A DNA stretch of 58,714 nucleotides, the filler included, from Sphacelaria rigidula (taxonomy: Eukaryota): assembly GCA_964200075.2 (NCBI GenBank). It is 2 parts of 2 records of this genome, joined end to end, with 100 filler letters (N's around TTAATTAATTAA, not from the genome) between each part and the next. Parts side by side here need not be neighbours in the genome. Positions count along the whole stretch, not along the records: positions 1 to 29,334 come from CAXNAA020000083.1; 1 more part is not named here. The stretch is one strand, 5' to 3'. The notes under the pieces were generated by a model, which ran no database searches, was not told where the DNA came from, and saw only the letters and a list, made by a program, of their open reading frames with translations. This document shows positions 1 to 11,949 of the stretch, piece after piece; the first letter of the stretch is position 1, and each line of letters begins with the position of its first letter. Both the position numbers and the translations under genes were made by a program.

Positions 1-61
1 TTCGGTGGTAGTTAGGGGGTGGGGGGGGGGGGGGGGCTGACCCCAAATATTCCTCAAGGTT

Positions 62-122
62 GCGGTAATTACCGGTAGGTAATGCAAAAACGCGATTTAC
101 GGTAATTACCGGTGGTAGGTAA
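62..122. repeat. Repeated palindromic GGTAATTACC motifs, probably the subterminal region of a truncated non-autonomous DNA transposon
   Basis: CGGTAATTACCGGT occurs at ~63 and ~100, each followed by a nearby AGGTAA. The element probably extends beyond the window start. Confidence 0.45.
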
Positions 123-1063
123 CATGGAACATCCCCGGTAAAGTACATCGCTGGTAAAAGCTTTCTTGACAAGACTCGACACTGGTCGTTATGGGGGCAA
201 CTGCGAGTACGAGGGTAGTCCAAAAGTCTCACATGTGTCCACAAGCGCGACGGGGCCATATCCCTCTCGGTATAGTCCCGAGTATATCAATGGGTCCAGG
301 GTTGCGGACAGCAGCTCCGTGCTGGCTCAGTTTGTTTGCCCCAACCTGCACGCACCCGCCTTGCGTGTCTCCCTCGATCAAAGCACCCGACTGCAACGGA
401 AGTACCAGACAAGCAAGACACAACAGTGAGCTGCATAGCCCATGACGATTGTTTCAACCTTCTTTTGTTTGGACAGCACTTTGATCACGCCCCAATTATG
501 TGCAGACCGCAACACGGCATGCAGCGGTACAACTGTTCAGGTATTCTCCAGTGTACATCGCACCGTGATCGTCGTGAAGTATTTTGATGCGCAACAGCAC
601 AGCGACAACTACAGCAGAGAGATGATGGGTTTGGGAAGCGCCTTGTTCGTTTTACTCGAGACGGAACAGCCAACATACCATGAGTGTTTCAAAAGTGTGT
701 AGAGAGCATTGGATGCCGACAACAGTTTTTTTCGTGGAGATGAACGCCATGACAAAATAAAGCAACTCGGGCAGTCCCGAAGGAGATCAAATCGTCTCCA
801 CAAGGCACAGCACCCATACATGAGGATGGTTTTGTAGTGGATTAAATTATTCGCGCGAAGCGCGATTTGTTTTTCAGGCCCTGTCTCTGGCCAACTCATA
901 TGGGAGCGTTTGAAATTCTCTTTTGCAACAATTTCAGAGGGTTTTTTTCTTTTCTTTGTCATCATGGTGAACGGGCACAAAATACACAACAACGGCAAAG
1001 AAGAAGAAAAAAGTCGTTGATAATTATTGCAAAATAAAATTCTCAACGCTCCCATTAGAGTCG

Positions 1064-1396
1064 GTCTTAGCACATGAATTTTCGATCGAAATTGTGCGGT
1101 AAAAAACAAAACCCCCGATCTGATAGGTCGTAATTTCAAACATCGTCGTTTATTTTAAAGATGGTTGAAATCATCACCTATCAGATCAGGATTTTTGTTT
1201 TCCACCGCACTTTTTCGATCACAAATTCATGTGCTAAGGGCGCCTGCGGTGAAAAACAAAAATCCTGATCTGATAGGTGATGATTTCAACCATCTTTAAA
1301 ATAAACGATGATGTTTGAAATTACGACCTATCAGATCGGGGTTTTTGTTTTTTACCGCACAATTTCGATCGAAAATTTATATGCTAAGACAGGGCC
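1064..1396. mobile_element. Foldback/MITE with ~146-bp inverted arms (Tourist/PIF-Harbinger-like end)
   Basis: 1064-1209 is the near-perfect reverse complement of 1245-1390. The right end CTAAGACAGGGCC is followed by TAA. A matching GGCCCTGTCT lies at 877-886. Confidence 0.8.
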
Positions 1397-1869
1397 TAAG
1401 ACAGGCCCTCACTGTAGGAAATAATGTTTGAAAAACATATAATACGGGACTTATGTCTGCCACCGGTGCGTGCGATCTGAGCCGGCAATTTTACAAACTT
1501 TGATGTTTCTCTCGGAGATTAAGCTCAACTTCCACCCGGTTTTTTGCTTGCGACACATGAGTATTCACCGGATGACCTGACGGTTTCGAAGAAGTCGGTG
1601 TAAGCAGGGCAGCTAGGCAACTGGCGTGGCAAAAGTACACAACACACGGCAATAACACGTCAACCCATTAACCCTTCGACTGCGAGGGTAGTCTGTCTGG
1701 ATCACGCATACTTTTTCAAGTGAAACTGATGCCGATTCAGCCGGTGACCTACCCTCGCGGTCAAAGGGTTAACCATCAGAAGAAAACGAAGCGTTGCAAG
1801 CACTTTCGCTTCTCAAAGCGATTGCTGGTTCATTATTTACAGTGCACCAGAGATCAACTCTACCAGTTG

Positions 1870-3923
1870 AACACAAGGCTAAATATCTCGCAACAATCAT
1901 GCGTCATCTGCTGAGCATTTTTTACAATCACACCGAGACCATGCCTGATCTCCCCTACGGCATCTGCTGTTCCCTTTTATACATGATCCAGGGCGGCGCT
2001 CTTGTTGCGGTACATTGCGTTGCGGCATCGCCCCCTCCTCTCGCGGTGTGGGGTGAAATCGCTTGTAACCAACGCGTTCTTGGGCGTGGGTTCAGAGTTA
2101 ATCTCTGTATCCCCGCATCTCCCAACTTCGCCCATCACTGCATCGTTCCCAACTGACGGGCCTCCGCCGCCCGCGGCACCCCCTTCATCACCACCGTCAA
2201 TGTCTGCCCCAGAACGACTCCGCGGAACAGCAGGGGGTACTACACTACCGACTGAAGCCGTAAACGCCCCCTCCTCTCCAGGTTTCTGTAAAGTACTTCG
2301 CAATCCAGCGTGCGTTTGACGGATAGTAAAAATCGTGTTCGTCGCATTGGCGCTTTGCCTAAGCTGTTCGTCGTAAGACTGTTGCTTGGAGGTTTCCCGG
2401 TAAACGGATTCCCACTCCGTCCGATCGGACTCGATCGATTCACAGTGGTTATTCCACTCTACTGCCCACTTATCGAAAAGGAGTCTCTGGTGCTGCTGGA
2501 GTCTCCCCATCCGATCGTCTGGAATGAAGAGGTTCGCGTCCAGCTCGATCTTGAATTACTGCCTCTCGGCTGCGTTGTGTACGGGCATTTCAGGCATTCC
2601 AACGTTCATCATGCGTGCGTACTGCTTTGCAGAGTGCGTGAGCCTCGAGAGGGGCACCGGTTCCTGAACCATCCCTTGGTCACCAAGGAAATCTGCTGAC
2701 ACGCTGCCAACCGCGCCACCCCATGTGCTCTTCGAAAGGCCACCCTCTCACCCGTGTCTGCAGCATCAAGTGCAGATACCTACTCAGGATAATAAGGGGC
2801 TGTCCGGGTACCAAGTGGCCGTCTCGCGCTGAATGGTCTCAATATCGAACTTGTCGAAATATCCTCCAACATTTTTCCGCAGGTTGCGGTTCTTCACAGC
2901 CATCTTGATATTCCACCGATGCTTGAACTCGAGGAGCATGGAGTGAGCCAGCGAGGGAGATTCGCAATGCGGTAATAGCAACCTGCGGAGATGACGATGA
3001 TAACCCTTTCGAGAACAAGCATGTAGAGGAAACGAGAAAAAAAACACATGTCAAGTCCATACTACAAAAATATTCCCCATCGCCAAGCCGAGGAGAGGAG
3101 TCACACACACACGTGACACGACCAACATAGAAATGGGAATTTTGATGGCGATGGGATGGCTTGTTGATTTGATCTTCATCAGTCTAGTGTTCTGCACATG
3201 AACCTAACCTCAGTACTATCGGTCCCCCTGACACAGCGACGCGTAGTGATCCCCGCAGCGATTTTGCCTGTTGCGTACTATAGTACATCGGCACTCCATC
3301 AGGGTCGCTGAGGCAGCCAGCTTCGATGTACTTGCGGAGGAGGTTGATGGCCTCCATTGCTTTCGGTCGAAGGAGGAGTTCTCCCGGTTTCGCGTCGATC
3401 ACGTTCCGGAATTGGTCCATCACTGAATTGAAACGTTTCGACAAACATTCCCGGTTCGGCACCAACCGCCGGCAGTTCCGCAGAAAAAACTTTCAGTTTC
3501 TTTCCTTGTAAGTTGCCACCTCCTCCGGTTTCATACCTTACGCTTTCAGAGCTAACTTGACCTGTCACCACCGAACACACACACATATATATATATAGGT
3601 TACATACACACATATATATATATATGTAGGTTAGACACGAAACCGGAGCGAGCGCAGTGGTTGCGATGCAAGCTTCAGCACACCGCCGGAACTCATATAC
3701 GCACAACGTTGAAATCCTCACAAAGGTCACTTACGCGACCAACAGCAGGAGTAATGTCAACAACACTTGCCTTTTTGATGACGGCTAGTTTCAAGATGAA
3801 GCAAGCGTCTCTCAACCGAGCCATGAAAGGCCTGAAGGCACCATGGCTCTTCTTCAGCAGGCGCGATAGACGCTGAAGCGCGTGAACTATGTCCAGGCGA
3901 ACCTTGAGCATGCGCCTCCTCTC
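1870..3923 (-). pseudogene. Decayed, intron-containing DDE transposase with DxxH signature (Mutator-like/related superfamily)
   Basis: Reconstructed exons 3923-3771 (VRLDIVHALQRL..SHGAFRPFMARLRDACF), 3561-3209 (FFLRNCRRLVP..GCLSDPDGVPMYY..RCVRGTDSTE) and 3005 onward (GYHRHLRRLL..EFKHRWN..PEMPVHNAAE..KWAVEWN). There are several in-frame stops and frameshifts. DxxH and T-x-x-x-E-G-Y-H resemble Mutator-type catalytic motifs. Confidence 0.7.
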
Positions 3924-4886
3924 CTGCAGAAATTGGAGGAATACAACCAACGCTGAAGAAAGGCAGAAGCAGCACACCGACGATCGGCGTCTGGCGGTAA
4001 CAATCTCCAGGGACAATAGTGATCCTCACTTTAAAAAAAATCGATATGCAAGCAGCCATGCTAAGATGGGGATGTACCAATACACGAGCATCACCCGGAC
4101 CCCTGAGGCAGGAATGTACCACTCGTTGTCTACTCGTGTGCTTGTTGATTCGATTCTCTGTGCTCCGTCCGTCCCGGCGAGACACATTGCACAGTCTGTA
4201 GTACGTACACCTAGGGGTGACTTGAGTCTGCGAGCTACTCAGAAGTATAGTTCACTGCATAATTCACCACGAAGGTTGCATTTCATTGGCGCTAGATGGC
4301 GCCGATTTCTCACTGAAGGGCCTGTGATAGGTTGAATTAACCGTTTCACTACATAAATCTATCCCCATGTATGGGCGTTGTGCCCTTCACAAGGCCTGAA
4401 GACACCACAGCGCAGCGACAGCTACAGCACACGACACAGAGAAAAAGTGTTTTTGTTCTGCAGCATAGTGACACAGGACACGTTCCATGCGATAATTCGA
4501 TCATTCTTTCCTGATTTCTAGTGGGTCCTCGAGTTTTGCCCAGAAGCAGTTTTCAAGCGCTCGGCTATGATCGCGCTTCGTGCGAAAATATTCACCTTGA
4601 GTTACCCAAATCTGTGGGTAGTGACCGAAATATGAGACATGCCCTGTTTCACTGGGCTGCAGCACGAACACATTCAAGCCTCTCCCATGTGCTGGAGCTG
4701 TCACTATATTTTTAGGCGGTTGCAAAGACGGTTGGATGGATCACCTGGACTGCGATACTGTCTGTCGTTGTGTTCGTCTCGTAGAAAATCATGCCAGTCT
4801 GCGCGATTTTTAAACAGTTTTCCAAGGAGGGCAGGTCGAGTGGAGTATACTCAATACCCAGTATTTTCCAAGAGTCATACTTTTGG

Positions 4887-5218
4887 TACTCAAATTTTGA
4901 GTAGAGTATTTGAAGCCACACTCAATCTACTCAAAGTTTGAGTAGAGTAATTGAGGCCGTACTCGACCTACTCAAAGGTTGAGTAGAGTATTTGAGGCCG
5001 TACTCGACCTACTCAAAATTGGAATAGAGTGTTGAGGTCATACCCAAGTGATACTCTATACTCAAGTATCACTGAGAGTGATTACTCAATATTTGAGTAG
5101 AGTATTTGAGGTCGTGCTTGATCTACTCAAAAATTGAGTAGAGTAGTTGAGGCCGTACTCGACCTACTCAAAGGTTGAGTAGAGTGAATACTTGAGTATT
5201 CTACTCGAGTACTCAAAA
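4887..5218. repeat. Tandem array of ~41-bp units, each with a TACTCAA-nnn-TTGAGTA hairpin (likely MITE interior)
   Basis: Unit TACTCAAAnnTTGAGTAGAGTAtTTGAGGCCGTACTCGACC, ~7 copies with one interruption at ~5040-5085. Confidence 0.85.
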
Positions 5219-5439
5219 GTACACCCCCTGCTGGACCTGTCCTTGCAGTTTTCGCTTGCCCCGCAACGGTGGACATTTGGTACCAAAGTGTCGAGGGTCG
5301 AGGGGTACCCGTATCTCCTTCACATTCCGAAAACGAAACCATTTATGCATCCAAAATTAAAGGACGTACGGAGTAACCGGTGCTTGAGGATGAGGATTCT
5401 TGCTCGGCTGGCCTTCTCTTCATTTCAAGAACGTCTCCT

Positions 5440-5815
5440 CGGAAAACGAGGTTGGGCATAATAATGGGGTTCAACTTCACAACAGTGCTTTCCCTGACCT
5501 ACCGTCGCGACATATATTTTTTATATGGACAATCTCATGCCCCACGACTCCACCTCTGAGCCTACTTCTGAGAGTTTTCCGATTCCCATTCCCAAGGGGT
5601 ATGTGCGGAAGCACCATATCCGTCTCAGAAGTGTCCGTTTTTTCACCCCGAGATCAAGGCGTCAAGGTACTTCCGCACTTAGAGCTAGCTCTGGGATCGG
5701 AACGCGGGAAATTCCCAAAACTACTACCAGGAAGGTGGGTGGGGCACGAGTTCGTCCATATGAACGTCATTTGTCATGACTTCAGTTCAGGGGAAGCACT
5801 AGTTTAGAGTTGAAC
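5440..5815. mobile_element. Degenerate foldback MITE, same family as 47439-47857
   Basis: Shares GGGTATGTG..AGCACCAT, TCACCCCGA, CGGAACGCGGGAAA, CAGGAAGGT, TCGTCCATAT and GTCATTTGTCAT in the same order as the 47.4-47.9 kb copy. Confidence 0.7.
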
Positions 5816-6090
5816 AAGAGTCTAAGGGTTAATGGTGTGTTCTTGCCACCAGACCATAGTCCCGGTTCGACGGGAGGGTCTGATTTGCGCACGCAGCAAA
5901 AAAACAAGGGGGGCCACAGTAAGAGGACCGGCTGGTGTGGCTAGGAACGTTTCCGAACTAACCTCAACCATCTTGTCCTTCGATTCGATGAGGCAGATGA
6001 CAAATCCAACTAGTTCTGCCTACGGGGCTGAGTGTAGAGAACACCTCTCCGAAGGGCTACACACGTTACACATTTGAACAAGCGTGAATT

Positions 6091-6402
6091 CGGGTCATTC
6101 AACACTACGGTAAGGTTTGAATTTTTGGATGGGACAAATGTAACGTAACGTGATGTTACGTGTGGTCCTGGAAGCAATGTCTCTGCAATTTTTTATCTGT
6201 GTAAAAAGGCTGATCTCGTGAATTTGTCACGTGTAACGTGTCACGTGTCACGTTACAAATCCGCGAAAACACGCAGAGTTTTTGTCACATTTGGAAAGTG
6301 AAACGCTTCGTTAGGCTTCATTCGAAGGACCACGCGTTACATCAATTACGTTACATTTGTCCCGTCCAAAAACTCAAACCGTACGTGGGGTTACATGACC
6401 CG
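6091..6402. mobile_element. MITE with ~80-bp imperfect terminal inverted repeats, rich in GTAAC/GTTAC/GTCAC motifs
   Basis: CGGGTCAT..GGTTTGAATTTTTGGATGGGACAAATGTAACGTAA..GTGGTCCT at the left is mirrored by AGGACCAC..TTACGTTACATTTGTCCCGTCCAAAAACTCAAACC..ATGACCCG at the right. Confidence 0.75.
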
Positions 6403-7387
6403 TAGTAACGTTTTTTTAAATGTGTCACGTTAATGTGGCCCGTGTCACGCGTATTGCCACGGTCCATTTTTTCACATGAAATCATGCTGCGGCGGCCGGC
6501 CATGTCCAGGTTTATTCCGTTGTTTTTTTAAATCATTATTTGACTACTCTCTCGGGTTTTTTTCCGGTCCTTTTCTTTCCCTTCCTGCTCGGCTTTGGAT
6601 TCATTTTGCTTTTCTTGTTGTCTCTGTATTTGTCTTGCTTTTTTTGGCCTACATTTCTCGGTTTGTCCCCCTTGGTCGTTCAACATTCATGTTTCTGGTC
6701 CTTCCTAATTTCATTTTTCTTCAGTTAGCGTCTCTGTTTTGGTCACCGTAAAAGCAGTCAATCTCTACTAATTTGTACCACATTCAGCTGGGACAACAGG
6801 GTCACACCAAACGATCAAAACAGACAGGTGTCCTGTGGAACAAAATAGGATGGCCGCGGTATAGGTACCGTGGGAGGCCGAAACGAAGAAAAAGAGCAAA
6901 AGCTGGGAAGCGGGGGTATATTCAATAACTTTTGCATGCCGTAATCCTGAGACCGTTGGGTTCGCATCACTACCGAGCTGCGGGATGGAGCACGCCGGGG
7001 TTTTCGGTTGACCAGGCTTGTAACCACCAACCGCGAAGCGCCGTGATGTCTCCGGCGAGTCGCACGAAGGGTGAGCTGTATCTTTACAAGATTGTCCGGC
7101 CCGAAGCGTGGTAGCTAATTTGCATATGGACATGGACGACAGCATCGAATGAGTTGCTTCATTTTCTGCTCTAGTCTTTTCCAGAGACAGCCTTGGGTTA
7201 CGCTGCCTCACGGCATCATTTAAGCACTGCGTATTGCGACCATCCCCATTTGGGCGGAGTTGAGGTTCTCCACCCTGCATAATACTATCGAACTCGACCA
7301 TGTTTACCGCAAAAAAGCGCGGGCGAAACAAACGCAGATGACTGAGGGTTTGCTCATCGGCTACAATCTACTTATAGTTGATACCTA

Positions 7388-8611
7388 CAGGCTGGTTCAG
7401 AGTGAACGACTGGAATTTACTCCCCAGCGATTGTTGACGCCGCTTTTTCGAGTTAGACCCTGATGTTTGTATACCAGTGCTCTGAGATACTCAGAGAGAG
7501 TATTCCAATGGAGCTTTCCAATTATAGTGTTTCTTCGCCAGATATTCGGGGTCCCAAGAGACAGGAGGCATTCTCTGACCCCGCTGGGACCTCGGGGGTA
7601 CGTGACGAACAAAAAACAAAACCGGAAGACCCGATACATACATTTTTGAAATCTGAGAGCACCGGTGTGCAAAAATTCAGGAAAAAACGGCGTAAAGGTT
7701 CGCCCGTACGTGCGTTGAATCATACAAATGCACGCGGAATCCCGCTAATTTGCTTGATTGTAATATGCTACCGATGTTCCTCGTTCGTTTGATCTGAAGT
7801 CGACCGTATCGGATCAGCTTTTCGAGCCACGCAATGACACTTCGTACAAACATTCTTTGGATTACCCCGGGACGAATCTACTTCGAAATTTCCATTTTGA
7901 AGCCATCGTGCACCGGCTGCTAGGGGCCTTTCACGCTGGCACCCCTGGAATCTGGTAAAGTGGATACTATTTGAAATGTTGAACGATTTGTTTGCCATTC
8001 GTAACACCTATATCTAACGAACTGCCGATTTCAGGACGATCGAAGCTTGTCTTCGACGAAAATCACAAGGGAAAACGTCAAAAGACTTTCTGGGTCGTCG
8101 ATCCATATTTTCAGTGTAAATCCAACGACATCAAAACCCTGAATCACCGGAATACCATGTGTGGGGGTATTACTCGATCCCATACTAACCGTTTTCAAAT
8201 ACCAGGTATCATTTTCGCGTTAGATTCCCTAGCAAATTGCGGTTGCTAAGGTTTCATTCGTGATGAGGCTGGTTACAAATTGAGTCGAGAACATGCACTT
8301 TGTCATCATTCTTGCGTTAGATTCCCTAGCGAATAGCGGTTACTAAGGTTTAATTCGTGATGAGGCCGGCTACACATTTAGTCGGGAGTACGCACTTGTA
8401 GTTTCAGAGCAATGTGAAGGCCCCTGATTGGCTGAGAAACACTTCGACTTCCAGCGCCATGGAAAGGGACGCAAGAAATGTTTTTGTCATGTCACACTGT
8501 TGGCTCACTCGTGAGGGCCACTGTGATAGCAACCATGTTTCTATCGAGTCATGATTGCCTCTTGTATCTAGGGGAGGGGGGGTTGTTGGGCATTCACCCT
8601 GAACCAGCCTG
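7388..8611. mobile_element. Non-autonomous Tc1/mariner-like element, copy 1
   Basis: TA|CAGGCTGGTTCAGAGTGAA ... TTCACCCTGAACCAGCCTG|TG terminal inverted repeats. Colinear with 43609-44403. Contains an internal ~97-bp tandem duplication (~8215-8397). No transposase ORF. Confidence 0.8.
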
Positions 8612-8993
8612 TGCATGGAGATCGTCACCCTCTATCGTAGCATCGCTTAGGAGATGGTAGCTCTCTCACCGGGATGCATCATGCTTGTTCACGTCACACG
8701 TCCAGCCCACTGTTTGGCATGTTCACCCTTTCATGGGTACACAGCGCAACGAAGCTTGGGTGTAGTGAACTATGAGCAGCCGCGGTGATGACCTCATTTC
8801 TTGTATCTGCAGGCCGAGTGCTTTACTGCTGCTGTGTCTGTAGATATTCGTAAGCATCAGATTGCATCACCTCGTTGTGAAGCCGCATCCTCCGGCTGCC
8901 TCTTCCGAGATCATGAATCAAGTGCTCGAGGCCAGCCAGGGATCATGGACTAATTTCCATGCAACAGTCTTGAACTACGAGCAAAAATAAAAA

Positions 8994-9410
8994 TCTGGAA
9001 AAGTGCCTTTTCGGAGCTTTCACGTCGTTTTACGCCCCGAAAAAGAGCTAGGCGAAGTTTGACACCTTGGAATGAATTGCTCTACTAGTTGAGGCGGTTC
9101 CAGAACATCTTCCCGGTTTTTGGTGGCCGCAGTTTTTTTTTGGCCAAACAAGAATGTTTGTCCAAGAACCGTAAAAAAACAGTCAAATCTGAAAAAAATC
9201 GCCACTTTTCTCTGGACTTGACTGTTTTTTGCCGTTCTTGAACAAAAATTCTTGTTTAGCTTGAATGAAAACTGCGGCCACCGGAAAACGGGAAGAGGTC
9301 CTGGGACCGCCTCAACTAGTAGAACATGTCATTCCAAGGTGTAAAATTGCGCCTAGTTCTCTGTTGGGGCGTAAAACGATGAAAAAGCTCCAAAAATGCA
9401 CTTTTCCAGA
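8994..9410. mobile_element. ~420-bp foldback element (long imperfect palindrome)
   Basis: TCTGGAAAAGTGC..ACACCTTGGAATGA..TCTACTAGTTGAGGCGGT..GGTGGCCGCAGTTTT is mirrored by AAAACTGCGGCCACC..ACCGCCTCAACTAGTAGA..TCATTCCAAGGTGT..GCACTTTTCCAGA. Centre ~9200. Confidence 0.85.
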
Positions 9411-10454
9411 AATGTATTTTTGTCTGTTATAAGAAGCGGCCTTACGCCAAAAGAAAAAGAAACAAACAATTCGGAACAAAATTCGACATCTTTTCGCCCC
9501 AATACGCACGCACACACCGCGCACCCCCAAATTCAGCAAGATGGGATTGTTGTCTGTGTAGTCTACATGATATGTGGCCGAAGTTTCAGCACGTAAAAGC
9601 ACAAACAGCGCTTTCACGCCCGTGTCTCCTGAAATGAGCACCTCTACAGGCGATACCAAGATAGGTACCGCGTAGAATAACATCATCCAGAGTGTGCGCA
9701 ATACGGATCGATGTGTTCGTTTTCCGGGGCAGGAGCCACCCAGCAGGAAGTGAGCGTATCTGCGTGTCAACACATGCATCCACTGACGTCTCACGCAGTC
9801 TGGGCCGAGGGGACTGCGTTTTGAGGGCGTATCGATGACATTGCCCAAAACCCGTGTTTTGCTTCGTGCGTCTGGCGCACCACGTAAAACGTTGCTGTCT
9901 GTGTTGTGGTGTACCTCTGTGCCAAGTTTCAGGCTTGATATAGCAGACACGGCGGAGAAATCCACAAGCAAAATAATCCTTGACTTGTGCTGAATATACA
10001 GTACTAAACCCTATTGAACCGTCGAAAGATACATGAGGTGCGTATTATTTTTATATGTGGGAATCTTGGCGGTTGATTTGCTTCTTTTTTTTTTGGCGTA
10101 AGACTGGCAAATGCTCACTATTCACGGGTTATTTAATGTCTGCCGACACTTGAAACACAATGGTCCTGAAGCCGGTTTGACTATAGGAAATTTGGGACAA
10201 CCTTGTCGGGGATTGAGGGGGAAATACGATAATATTGATTCATCCCCACGCTGTGCGTGCACACTTCGTCTTGTCTCGTTTTTGTAATTTGCACAACTTG
10301 TCTTTCATACCGATGCGTGCTTCCATTTCCACTCAGGAAAGTGGGCAAGCTCAGTAAGTCACCACTGTTGTTTATTTCACCCCATGTGACGCACGAGCAG
10401 CCCCAAAACACTGTCCGTACGAACTCTATGCTGTAAGACGTTTTTTAGAAATCA

Positions 10455-10796
10455 ACAGCCGATCATCGAAATTGAGGATGAGAACCCGGAGGATTGAAAT
10501 CTTCGTATCCATACCAAATCTTCGAAATATAATTACATTCCTTCACCTCCTGGTAGCTATTGACAACTGCTACACGTCCTGCACGTCTGGATTTCGATAG
10601 TTGAAATATTGAGGTCCTAGGTGAAAAACCAATTTCGGGGAAATTCGGCGCTCCGATCGGATCACTTGTCGGTAGCTACCAGTACGTGAAGGAATGGAAC
10701 CATATTTCTTATATTTGGTGTGGATACCAAGATGTCAATCCTCCGGGTTCTCATCCTCAATGAAAAGCTCCATCCTCAATTTCGATGATCGGCTGT
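10455..10796. mobile_element. MITE with ~110-bp terminal inverted repeats
   Basis: ACAGCCGATCATCGAAATTGAGGATGAGAACCCGGAGGATTGA.. is mirrored by ..TCAATCCTCCGGGTTCTCATCCTCAAT..TTCGATGATCGGCTGT. The right arm has a small CATCCTCAAT duplication. Confidence 0.85.
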
Positions 10797-11949
10797 CAGT
10801 TGCCTGATCGATTTTTCATGCGTCGTCAATCACGTTTTGTGGGCCGAATTTCAACAACAACTTGGTCCCAGAATGATATCGAGAAATATCACGTGGCAGC
10901 AGTGGTAACAAAGCACACCAGCAAAAAACGGCGCCTCTTTCCGTTTACACACATGAAGTTGTTTCTGACACGAGAACTACGTGCGCACATGTGATAATTA
11001 CAAGTTTCACCGCCAGTTACGTTGTTCGGTGCCCAAGGCGAAACCCCTTGTCAAGCGCCTGCCCCTCCTCCGCCTCCCCATGAACTCTGCCGATATGTGC
11101 AAGTTTGTAAATTGGTACAGGAGAAACTTCACGCACAATGATATGCGCAAGGAGCATTACATGTGATTTTTACGACCCACGTGAAACACGGGTGGCATGC
11201 TGTGTTATGTGTCTATCTATCACTATCGCAACTCGCAGCAACGGCATGATACGCAAAGGCAAGACCTTGCACGCGCCTTCCAGATATCAACGGAACGTTG
11301 TTTCTCTGTATCATATCAGGTTTTGCTTTTGTTACGCTCAGAAATGTGATACAGTAGACTGGTTACGGCTCCTTTGCCAAGATGGCGGTACAAACATATT
11401 GTTCCAGGTTTTGCCAAAGTGTCGACACTTTGTTTACTGGCAAATCTGTTGCGGAATTTTGATTTTGCAATCTTCGCGTCGATCCTCTCGACTTTTGATT
11501 GCCAGCATTTCGTCAACATCAAAGCAAAATAATGCAGGTTGCCAACGCATGTTACATTAGAGTTACCCAGCACGAGGCTGAAATGCGCATCGCCGGGTGT
11601 GAAGAGTGGTAATCCTCTGTACTCTGTGAAGCTATGCTAAATCACCCCGCAGAAACATGTTCTGCAAGTATGCAGCGCTGGAATTCACCACCTCCGGTCG
11701 AATTTCGCAGGTTGTCCTTTTGCTCGTTGCTACCACATTAGACCAACATGGAAGCCCCACCGGTCTTGAAAGATGAGACCCAGGACGGCTGCGTGGCGTT
11801 GCCGCGCGAAATCCAACCATCTTGGAGCCGATTAGCGCATTAATGTTTTCCCTCGGTTCCGATCAACGTCTGACCATACTGGCAGGGTGACTCAATACTC
11901 CTTAGAGCAGCCTCTCTTGGAAGATTGAAGAAGCGTGCTGGGAGAGATC

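Noticed and set aside
609..1139. 176-aa minus-strand ORF
   Set aside because: Starts inside a palindromic repeat; no recognisable motifs.
4887..5218. CRISPR array
   Set aside because: The segments between hairpins are near-identical to each other (tandem repeat), there are no cas genes, and the context is eukaryotic.
5400..5807. Protein-coding ORFs (135 aa and 84 aa)
   Set aside because: They lie within a foldback MITE homologous to 47439-47857.
6768..7331. 187-aa minus-strand ORF
   Set aside because: No recognisable domain or splice partners; probably a chance ORF, though not excluded.
9312..9971. 219-aa minus-strand ORF
   Set aside because: Runs into the foldback element; no motifs.
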